DNA of 64,000 nucleotides from a virus (Duplodnaviria; Caudoviricetes): IMG/VR virus record IMGVR_UViG_3300010965_000258, positions 5,062 to 69,061 of that record; one strand, 5' to 3'. Shown piece by piece: positions 58,176 to 64,000 of this stretch (position 1 is its first letter; each line of letters starts with the position of its first letter). The notes under the pieces were generated by a model. It saw only the letters and a program-made list of their open reading frames with translations, ran no database searches and was not told where the DNA came from. The position numbers and the translations under genes were made by a program.

Positions 58176-59183
58176 AAATAGATCTGCATAATGCCTATGT
58201 CTGTGTGAACCAAAATGAGCTTGATGGTGCCCATGCTCACGGTCTAAGGCAAGATTAAAATGTTTAAGTTCTGACATTTCTTTGTGACACTCAAAAATAC
58301 ATGCACATTTTTCATTTAATTCATATTTGTGCAAATGAAAATTATCAATTTCTTTAGAGGAATCGCTTTCCCAATTGTTATTTTCTATATCAACAAATCC
58401 ATTATAATAACTTGAATTCATTGTATTTAATTTTTTTACTGCATCATGAGCAGAGTACATCCATGTTGACCATACAAATTTAATTCCCGCTGCTTCACAG
58501 TATTGCTCTAAAAACATTATACTTTTTAAAGACGTCCAGTAGGCCAGCTCCAAAGGAAGAACATCTTCTGCAAAATAAGGTGCTTTTGAATACTTAGGTC
58601 TATCTTCTAAAATTGCATACCTACTTAAATGAAGTTCTTGAAGAATTTTTTCTTTGTTGTGTATAAAATTTTTTGATATAAAAATATTATTATTTACAGG
58701 CACCCTCATTCTTTCAAAATTTGGGAAAAGACACATTAAAATTTTTGGATGACCATACTCTTTAAAATAACTATAGATATTAGAAACTATTTCTTCTACT
58801 GATATGCCTGCCATTGAAATGTTAGCGTATGTATTATTTAATTTATTTGCAACGACTGTTCCCCAAATAAAATCTTCTGGGAGACCCATGCCATATGTTA
58901 CGGAACAACCAGAATAAAGAATATCAACATTTTTTTGAAACTCTGGAGATCTGTAGAATTTTGAATTTAACGAATATAATGTTTCTTTATCATAAAATTT
59001 ATCTTCTCCTTCTGGAATCCCATAGCCGCTGTACACGTTTTTTGGTTTAGATAATTCATTAAAACAAAGATCTTTTATCTGTTGTTGAGAAAAGTTATAA
59101 TATTTATTTTTTGTGTCATTAACAATTGCCAAGCTTATATCTGTGAGGGGCAAAGGATTTGGTGGAACAAAAAAATCGCCCAT
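58155..59183 (-). CDS. SGNH/GDSL-like protein
   Basis: LYSGCSVTYG...NISMAGIS...C-terminal AHFG. Confidence 0.6.
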   Translation of the reverse strand: MGDFFVPPNPLPLTDISLAIVNDTKNKYYNFSQQQIKDLCFNELSKPKNVYSGYGIPEGEDKFYDKETLYSLNSKFYRSPEFQKNVDILYSGCSVTYGMGLPEDFIWGTVVANKLNNTYANISMAGISVEEIVSNIYSYFKEYGHPKILMCLFPNFERMRVPVNNNIFISKNFIHNKEKILQELHLSRYAILEDRPKYSKAPYFAEDVLPLELAYWTSLKSIMFLEQYCEAAGIKFVWSTWMYSAHDAVKKLNTMNSSYYNGFVDIENNNWESDSSKEIDNFHLHKYELNEKCACIFECHKEMSELKHFNLALDREHGHHQAHFGSHRHRHYADLFLDALRG

Positions 59184-60229
59184 TAGTAAATATAATCGCC
59201 TCTACCAGACAAATCTTTTTTCAAAAAATCTATTTCTTCTTGAGATAAACCAGAAGGATTTTTTGTTTTCCCTAAAACAGTATTTGCCCAGTGTTGCTGC
59301 ACATGTAAGTTAACATGCTGGCTTCTATTGTTTTCTTGTCTTGAGTAAAATTGAGATTTTGTGTATTCTAAAGCATCTAAATTAAACATTGATTGATAGT
59401 GTTTAATATGGGGGATGTTTCTAATAAACTCGTCTGAGTAGTGGCTCCAGCATGTCCAAGTTAAATCAATTCCCAGCTGATCGCACATGGTTTCAAACAT
59501 ACGCATGAATATTGCAAAGTTTGCTAGGTTATTTAAGAACTGTTGCTCTGTTAACAGTGGACCATTAACAAATCCACTCCAATCCCTATCCTGCATTTCC
59601 TTTTGAGAAAGGTACATCATTGTATCTGGGTAGCAGTTGTCCCAGTATGAGTTGGCCCTAAAATCGTACTCAACCATTCTTTCAATGTTTGGCATATTTA
59701 TATAAATTCTATCTGGCTTACCAAACTTTTCTATGTACCCAGATATATTATTAACAATAACGTGCCAGCTTGCTCCAGATATCGCAAGTCTGTAAAAACC
59801 AGAAAGCTTTTCTGTTTTGCATAATTCGTTGTAGGCAATCTTTGACCAATTGTCTTCTATGTTTGCGCCAAAACCAAATGTCTCAGAACATCCAGCAAAT
59901 AGTACGTGTAAACCATCATGCTTGTCTGTAAAGTCATCGGATCTATGCCCGTAATTGTTCATGACATAAGTAATGTTCTCATCTTTTTCCCAGACAGAGT
60001 CTTCATTACCAGCAAAGTAATATGTTTGATTATATGTAGAGTCATAAGGAGTATTTGGATTAAATCCAGTCTCATAATTTGGAACAGCCTTAACCTTAGC
60101 TATATCTCTAGCCAACTCAGCCCAATTAACTGTTGAGCTTTGAAATGGCTTTAATTCTTCTTTTTCTTTATCAATAACATGCATGTAAGAAGTTTCTCGT
60201 TGAGGCGGGGTATGGGTTGGTCTTGCCAT
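59183..60229 (-). CDS. SGNH/GDSL-like protein (paralog)
   Basis: NNYGHRS...LFAGCSETFG...LAISGAS. Confidence 0.6.
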   Translation of the reverse strand: MARPTHTPPQRETSYMHVIDKEKEELKPFQSSTVNWAELARDIAKVKAVPNYETGFNPNTPYDSTYNQTYYFAGNEDSVWEKDENITYVMNNYGHRSDDFTDKHDGLHVLFAGCSETFGFGANIEDNWSKIAYNELCKTEKLSGFYRLAISGASWHVIVNNISGYIEKFGKPDRIYINMPNIERMVEYDFRANSYWDNCYPDTMMYLSQKEMQDRDWSGFVNGPLLTEQQFLNNLANFAIFMRMFETMCDQLGIDLTWTCWSHYSDEFIRNIPHIKHYQSMFNLDALEYTKSQFYSRQENNRSQHVNLHVQQHWANTVLGKTKNPSGLSQEEIDFLKKDLSGRGDYIY

Positions 60230-60322
60230 AATGTTCCTAATCTATATGTAAATAGTCTACTTTAGACGTATTTAGTATAACATAGAGTGCGAAAAAAAGT
60301 GCGGCGGCGGTAGAAGAACATT

Positions 60323-60613
60323 TTAATGATTTAAGTCCCGTTTACCAAAGTATTTATTATATAGATCATCAGATGTGAACTCGTACAAAATATCCATTAG
60401 CAGTTTACACTGAGAATGGGATTCTAGGTACCAGATGTCACAATACCCTTCATATGCATTCAAACAATTGGCTAAATGGCCTTGTAGCCTTTCTATGACC
60501 CATTCCAGAGATGCTGAGGCATAGTCAGATTCAGATACATAGTAATTTTGCTTATTGACTTTAACCTCAGCTAATATACTGGCTAATTGGTCTACTAAGA
60601 TCTGATTTAACAC
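60323..60613 (-). CDS. hypothetical protein
   Basis: 96 aa with GTG start overlapping the upstream TAG. Confidence 0.65.
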   Translation of the reverse strand: MLNQILVDQLASILAEVKVNKQNYYVSESDYASASLEWVIERLQGHLANCLNAYEGYCDIWYLESHSQCKLLMDILYEFTSDDLYNKYFGKRDLNH

Positions 60614-60759
60614 TAGAAGATTTCTTCGTCTATATCTTCAAATAGATCAAAATCGAATGCTTCTGGAAATCCCGCTTTTTTTAAAATTGAAAATAGCATG
60701 TATCCAGAAACCATTGCTGTTACCAGCAATGTCAACATTCCTATAAATTTATTTTTCAT
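60613..60759 (-). CDS. 48-aa single-TM protein with acidic tail
   Basis: Manual translation MKNKFIGMLTLLVTAMVSGYMLFSILKKAGFPEAFDFDLFEDIDEEIF. Confidence 0.6.
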   Translation of the reverse strand: MKNKFIGMLTLLVTAMVSGYMLFSILKKAGFPEAFDFDLFEDIDEEIF

Positions 60760-60797
60760 ATATTATCCTAGTCAACTGAGATTATATTACTATATAG

Positions 60798-60870
60798 TAG
60801 GGATACTGGGATTTGAACCCAGAATCTATTGCATATAAGACAAGTGCTTTAACCGTTAAGCTATATCCCC
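60798..60870 (-). tRNA. trnI: tRNA-Ile (anticodon UAU)
   Basis: Cloverleaf: GGGGATA/TATCCCT acceptor, GCTT/AAGC D-arm, CT-TAT-AT anticodon loop, CTGGG-TTCAAAT-CCCAG T-arm; the 3' end is ACTA, so CCA is not encoded. Confidence 0.9.
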
Positions 60871-60876
60871 TTGGGA

Positions 60877-60954
60877 TTAGCGTATTATGTAGGACATAGT
60901 TCCAATAATAAAAACTATGACTGTTACTACGGATATTGCAATTATTGTCTTCAT
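60877..60954 (-). CDS. 25-aa hydrophobic peptide
   Basis: MKTIIAISVVTVIVFIIGTMSYIIR; ATGA overlap with the upstream ORF. Confidence 0.5.
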   Translation of the reverse strand: MKTIIAISVVTVIVFIIGTMSYIIR

Positions 60955-61064
60955 TTCCCGCCCTTAATTAATTTTTCAATGCAATGTGTACAGTAATTCT
61001 CAAGTATACCTTTAGCGTTAATACGCTCTATATACTTTGGGTTTTCACAGAAGTCACATTTCAT
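60951..61064 (-). CDS. 37-aa CxxC-CxxC micro-protein (leaderless)
   Basis: MKCDFCENPKYIERINAKGILENYCTHCIEKLIKGGK; TGGTACAAT-N6-ATG. Confidence 0.6.
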   Translation of the reverse strand: MKCDFCENPKYIERINAKGILENYCTHCIEKLIKGGK

Positions 61065-61226
61065 AAATCCATTGTACCATAATTCTAGTTGACTGTAATA
61101 TTTACTTATTGTAAAATGTTAAAATATTATTTTTTCAAGTATCACTTGATCTTAGGTCTTAGGTCTTACTATATATTTAATATTTATTATTTATTGATTT
61201 ACTGACCCCCCGACCCCCCTATTCGA

Positions 61227-61254
61227 AGTATACTATTTCTATTTTCGATGTCAA
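61227..61254 (-). promoter_or_regulatory. promoter TTGACA-N16-TATACT
   Basis: Leftward-facing, at the strand switch. Confidence 0.55.
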
Positions 61255-61376
61255 GCTTTTCAGATTTTATAAAATGTTAATATATTTTTATCTTGTATGA
61301 TACAGAGTAAAAAAAGAAATAAAAAAAAAGATAGTCCGCCCATAATGTCCGAATTGGTATAGTTTGTCTAGCCTAA

Positions 61377-61452
61377 TGTGATCCGAATCACAAAGATTTA
61401 TTTCGACACGCCCGAGAATTGGGGTCAATTTGTCAGACCCCCCTGTTATGCT
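61377..61452 (+). promoter_or_regulatory. early promoter module 1: CRP box, GACAC box, TGTCAG-N10-TATGCT
   Basis: TGTGA-N6-TCACA 61377-92; CGACACGCC 61404-12; TGTCAG 61431-36; -10 at 61447-52. Confidence 0.8.
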
Positions 61453-61501
61453 TAAAGTATAAAGAAAGTTAAGAAAGGTTCTTAACAAGAAAGGTCAGAA
61501 A

Positions 61502-61669
61502 ATGACAAATAGAATTTGGGAAAGTCGTAACGACTATCAGAATGACGCTCAGCGTCTAGGCTATGTATCTTGCTCAGCAGGGTGCGGTAGAGTAACCGCT
61601 TGGACACTCTGCGTAATGTGTGGCGGTAACTACGCTACACACAACACTCTTGGAAAGGAGAATAACTAA
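61502..61669 (+). CDS. 55-aa Cys-rich micro-protein
   Basis: MTNRIWESRNDYQNDAQRLGYVSCSAGCGRVTAWTLCVMCGGNYATHNTLGKENN; GAAAGG RBS. Confidence 0.7.
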   Translation: MTNRIWESRNDYQNDAQRLGYVSCSAGCGRVTAWTLCVMCGGNYATHNTLGKENN

Positions 61670-61782
61670 TGAATGATTACTATGATGAAATCTATCTAGA
61701 CATCTATCTAGAGTTTGGCGCTGATAGCGTTTCAGACCCCGTCTATGCTGAGCAATTAGCAAAAGATAAGGGTGTGAGGTAA
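61669..61782 (+). CDS. 37-aa acidic micro-protein
   Basis: MNDYYDEIYLDIYLEFGADS...; TAATG overlap and AAGGAG RBS. Confidence 0.65.
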   Translation: MNDYYDEIYLDIYLEFGADSVSDPVYAEQLAKDKGVR

Positions 61783-61848
61783 CTCACACTCTACTAGCAC
61801 CGCCCTACGGCGTGTCGGCTTGATAATGTCAGCCCACTAGGCTACAAT
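61773..61848 (+). promoter_or_regulatory. early promoter module 2
   Basis: TGTGA-N6-TCACA 61773-88; GGCGTGTCG 61809-17; TGTCAG 61827-32; TACAAT 61843-48 (also TTGATA-N17-TACAAT). Confidence 0.8.
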
Positions 61849-61882
61849 TCCTACTATAACAACTAACGAAAGAAGGTCAGAA

Positions 61883-62011
61883 ATGAACCTAGAAGAATAC
61901 AAGGCGCAAGTAGAAGCGCAACGCAAGGCGAGCCTATTAAAGGCAATCGCAACAATGTCAGAGGCTAATGATAAGATGTCCTCACTATTCAATACGAAAG
62001 AGGCTAACTAA
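61883..62011 (+). CDS. 42-aa helical micro-protein
   Basis: MNLEEYKAQVEAQRKASLLKAIATMSEANDKMSSLFNTKEAN; GAAGG RBS. Confidence 0.7.
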   Translation: MNLEEYKAQVEAQRKASLLKAIATMSEANDKMSSLFNTKEAN

Positions 62012-62193
62012 TGTCATACGCTTACTCATACGATACTAATTCAATCTCTAAATGGGATACCATTCAAGAAGATGTCGCAGACCAATACACTTACCTAGAT
62101 GAGGTAGATGAACAAGAAGAACCGCTAGATGAATTCAATGATGAAGATGTCGAGCAACTAGAAAAACTATACGCACTAACATGGGAGAACTAA
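62011..62193 (+). CDS. 60-aa highly acidic micro-protein
   Basis: In the ORF track; TAATG overlap; D/E-rich. Confidence 0.75.
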   Translation: MSYAYSYDTNSISKWDTIQEDVADQYTYLDEVDEQEEPLDEFNDEDVEQLEKLYALTWEN

Positions 62194-62195
62194 TA

Positions 62196-62345
62196 ATGAC
62201 TATCACTTACTCGCTATGGGACGGCGCACAATTCTTAGGTTTCTTCACCGCTACTAGCGCAGATGAAATGCTAAAGGTAGTAACAGACCTACAAAAGGTT
62301 TCTAAAAATGTAGTAGCACACATGCGAAAGGTAGAACAGAACTAA
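62196..62345 (+). CDS. 49-aa micro-protein
   Basis: MTITYSLWDGAQFLGFFTATSADEMLKVV...; GGGAG RBS. Confidence 0.65.
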   Translation: MTITYSLWDGAQFLGFFTATSADEMLKVVTDLQKVSKNVVAHMRKVEQN

Positions 62346-62485
62346 TGACTATTGAACTAAATGAATACGGCTTAATGATTGACCTAGGGGACTTTCTCTA
62401 TGTATCCCAATCATGGGCGTTTATTATCTTGTCGGTGCTAGGTGCTATAATCTATAAAGTAATCAAGAGAAAGAAGAATAAGTAA
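62345..62485 (+). CDS. 46-aa single-TM micro-protein
   Basis: ...WAFIILSVLGAIIYKVIKRKKNK; TAATG overlap. Confidence 0.65.
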   Translation: MTIELNEYGLMIDLGDFLYVSQSWAFIILSVLGAIIYKVIKRKKNK

Positions 62486-62655
62486 TGAAAGAATGTAAAG
62501 TAATCAACTGTAGTAATACCGATTTAGTTTATAGCGGTATAGATGCACTAATGCTAGGCGGTATAGTAACCGAGACCTATTGCTACTCATGCGCTAATGC
62601 GTATAATCAAATAGATAACGCTATGACACTACTAAGAGATAAGGTTAATGCGTAA
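62485..62655 (+). CDS. 56-aa Cys4 micro-protein
   Basis: MKECKVINC...YCYSCANAY; TAATG overlap. Confidence 0.65.
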   Translation: MKECKVINCSNTDLVYSGIDALMLGGIVTETYCYSCANAYNQIDNAMTLLRDKVNA

Positions 62656-62777
62656 TGAATAGACTACTAACTACCCTAGTGCAATTATCTATCGCTATCC
62701 CCGCCCTAATAATGTGGCGCATGATGTGGCCAATGCTAAAAGAAGATGTGAGAGAACTCACAAAAGATATTCGCTAA
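62655..62777 (+). CDS. 40-aa single-TM micro-protein
   Basis: MNRLLTTLVQLSIAIPALIMWRMMWPMLKEDVRELTKDIR; TAATG overlap. Confidence 0.6.
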   Translation: MNRLLTTLVQLSIAIPALIMWRMMWPMLKEDVRELTKDIR

Positions 62778-62831
62778 CTAACGGCGTGTCGGCTTGACAA
62801 AAGCTGATCTCGCCCCCATCTTTTGTGCGGG

Positions 62832-62893
62832 TTATCCACAGGTTTATGCACAGCTGTGGAAAACGCCTGAAATTTGAGCGTAACTTATCCACA
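62832..62893. promoter_or_regulatory. cluster of four DnaA boxes
   Basis: TTATCCACA 62832-40; TTATGCACA 62844-52; TGTGGAAAA (rc TTTTCCACA) 62855-63; TTATCCACA 62885-93. Confidence 0.75.
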
Positions 62894-62967
62894 TGGTGCA
62901 AATCACAAAAATACTTTTCCGACACGCCCGAAAAACAGGCCAAAATGTCAGACCCCCCTGCTATAAT
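62892..62967 (+). promoter_or_regulatory. early promoter module 3
   Basis: Degenerate CRP box CATGG-N6-TCACA 62892-907; CGACACGCC 62920-28; TGTCAG 62946-51; TATAAT 62962-67. Confidence 0.8.
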
Positions 62968-63023
62968 TCCAGTATAAAGAAAAACAAGCGGTAAAGAAAT
63001 CCGCTAACGAAAGGTGGTCTCAA

Positions 63024-63200
63024 ATGACTACAACAATAACAATGTGTAAAGAACACAATCCAATGAAATCTGCTATCTCAGAAATTGGAGATGAGCAATT
63101 TACTTTCTGCCAAGATTGTGAACAAAACATCTCTCGCTACTATGGAGATACAGACCCAGAGCGTCTACCTATGTGGACAGATTGGTATTTAACTAAATGA
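63024..63200 (+). CDS. 58-aa C/H metal-binding micro-protein
   Basis: MTTTITMCKEH...FCQDCEQ...; GAAAGGTGG RBS. Confidence 0.7.
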   Translation: MTTTITMCKEHNPMKSAISEIGDEQFTFCQDCEQNISRYYGDTDPERLPMWTDWYLTK

Positions 63201-63361
63201 GCACTTTTGTTCCGATTAAATCCGTATGTGGTGCGGTATCTACCACAATTGACATATATGACTATGAGTTAAACTCTCATGGTGTTATTTGTTGCGATAA
63301 TTGCGAAAGCATTTTGTTATGCCGTAAGGCGTGGGATTTCTTATACAAGGGAGTTAAATAA
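63197..63361 (+). CDS. 54-aa Cys-rich micro-protein
   Basis: MSTFVPIKSVCG...ICCDNCESILLC; ATGA overlap. Confidence 0.65.
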   Translation: MSTFVPIKSVCGAVSTTIDIYDYELNSHGVICCDNCESILLCRKAWDFLYKGVK

Positions 63362-63559
63362 ATGGAAAAATCACAATTAGAAAAAGATTTAGAAATTAAA
63401 GAAAGTTTTATAGATTTACTTAATGATGTTTATCCTACTGTAAAAATTGGTTACTCAACTTTTACACCCGCCGAAATTTTGGAATGTTGCGACCCAATCG
63501 CATTTTCAATCGGTCTAATTGAACACGAAGATTATTTAGCAGAAATGGAAAACGAATAA
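63362..63559 (+). CDS. 65-aa acidic hypothetical protein
   Basis: In the ORF track; AGGGAG RBS. Confidence 0.75.
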   Translation: MEKSQLEKDLEIKESFIDLLNDVYPTVKIGYSTFTPAEILECCDPIAFSIGLIEHEDYLAEMENE

Positions 63560-63654
63560 TGGAATTTTACGGATTTGAACACGCAATTGAATTGGATCAT
63601 CTTAGCGATGAGCAGATTTTGCAACTAGAAAAAATCTTTGAAGATTTTGAATAA
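63559..63654 (+). CDS. 31-aa acidic micro-protein
   Basis: MEFYGFEHAIELDHLSDEQILQLEKIFEDFE; TAATG overlap. Confidence 0.6.
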   Translation: MEFYGFEHAIELDHLSDEQILQLEKIFEDFE

Positions 63655-63725
63655 ATAACGGCGTGTCGGCTTGACAAAAGCTGATGCGCCCACAATTGTG
63701 GCGGCGTCGGGCGTGTCGTTAAGAC

Positions 63726-63874
63726 TGTGATGAAAATCACCCTGGATTCTACGGCGTGTCGATTTGACAGACAAAACGGACATTTTTGTGTGACCTTTAT
63801 CACATGGCTTGAGCGTCTCAATATTTGGAATTACTGGCTAGTAATGTGAAAATGTCAGCCCTATCCGCTATAAT
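63726..63874 (+). promoter_or_regulatory. early promoter module 4
   Basis: TGTGA-N6-TCACC 63726-41; GGCGTGTCG 63753-61; TGTGA-N6-TCACA 63789-804; TGTCAG 63853-58; TATAAT 63869-74. Confidence 0.8.
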
Positions 63875-63906
63875 TGCGGTATCAACAAAACGAAAGGCGG
63901 ACTCAA

Positions 63907-64000
63907 ATGTCAGCAAATGTCTATACAATCGAAAACCTACTTGTAGGAAAAACCTATCACTCAAAAACCTTAAAGGGTGAAATTATCTCAGCAGAGAAAC
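63907..64000 (+). CDS. hypothetical protein, 5' part (runs off window end)
   Basis: MSANVYTIENLLVGKTYHSKTLKGEIISAEK; GAAAGG RBS. Confidence 0.7.
   Translation, partial: MSANVYTIENLLVGKTYHSKTLKGEIISAEK

Larger units (their letters stand above)
62779..63685 (+). repeat. 30-bp exact direct repeat TAACGGCGTGTCGGCTTGACAAAAGCTGAT (62779-62808, 63656-63685)
   Basis: Identical copies, each immediately after the last stop codon of an early operon. Confidence 0.9.

Noticed and set aside
61200-61220. G-quadruplex on the minus strand
   Set aside because: Only two G-runs are present, which is insufficient for an intramolecular G4.
61809-63761. TGTCGG within GGCGTGTCGG as additional PafBC -26 elements
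   Set aside because: No TAnnnT lies 10 bp downstream in the copies checked (61809, 62783), so these are treated as a separate operator.
61377-63874. Spaced repeats in the early region as a CRISPR or mini-array
   Set aside because: Spacing is irregular (hundreds of bp), the intervening DNA is coding, and the repeats resolve into promoter elements.
61300-64000. LexA SOS boxes (CGAAC-N4-GTTCG)
   Set aside because: None found by eye; the damage-type signature here is the LexA-independent motif.
1-64000. Prophage status or alternative genetic code
   Set aside because: No integrase, att sites or host genes were seen, and long genes are open under code 11 with all three stop codons used.

Overview
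This is a 64 kb segment of an AT-rich tailed dsDNA phage with a siphovirus-type head-tail module. The host is inferred to be an actinobacterium, probably a low-GC freshwater lineage, from leaderless genes, PafBC/WhiA/CRP-type promoter boxes and the holin and SLT families. Left to right: (1) the end of a replication block with a DnaB-like helicase; (2) a complete minus-strand morphogenesis operon (portal, protease/scaffold, major capsid, neck, tail tube, frameshifting tail chaperones, a 3488-aa tape measure protein, minor tails, an InlB-repeat fibre); (3) an accessory block of six prolyl-4-hydroxylase-like 2OG-Fe(II) oxygenases and three DUF6065-like genes directly downstream of an FN3-(FFxPPx)21-Hint protein; (4) a modular fibre cluster, holin, class II RNR, glycosyltransferases and a tRNA-Ile(UAU); (5) a plus-strand presumed early region of micro-ORFs. 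The strongest candidate new systems are: (i) early promoters with a fixed architecture of CRP box, GACAC box and TGTCAG-N10-TAnnnT (the PafBC/RecA-NDp DNA-damage promoter signature), plus a DnaA-box cluster; (ii) a proline-repeat/Hint precursor with a hydroxylase array, suggesting extensin-like or RiPP-like protein modification; (iii) a tape measure protein carrying zincin and ADP-ribosyltransferase-like cassettes between repeated xxGG motifs. No terminase, integrase, CRISPR array or reverse transcriptase was seen. All family calls come from reading motifs by eye; no database search was run.
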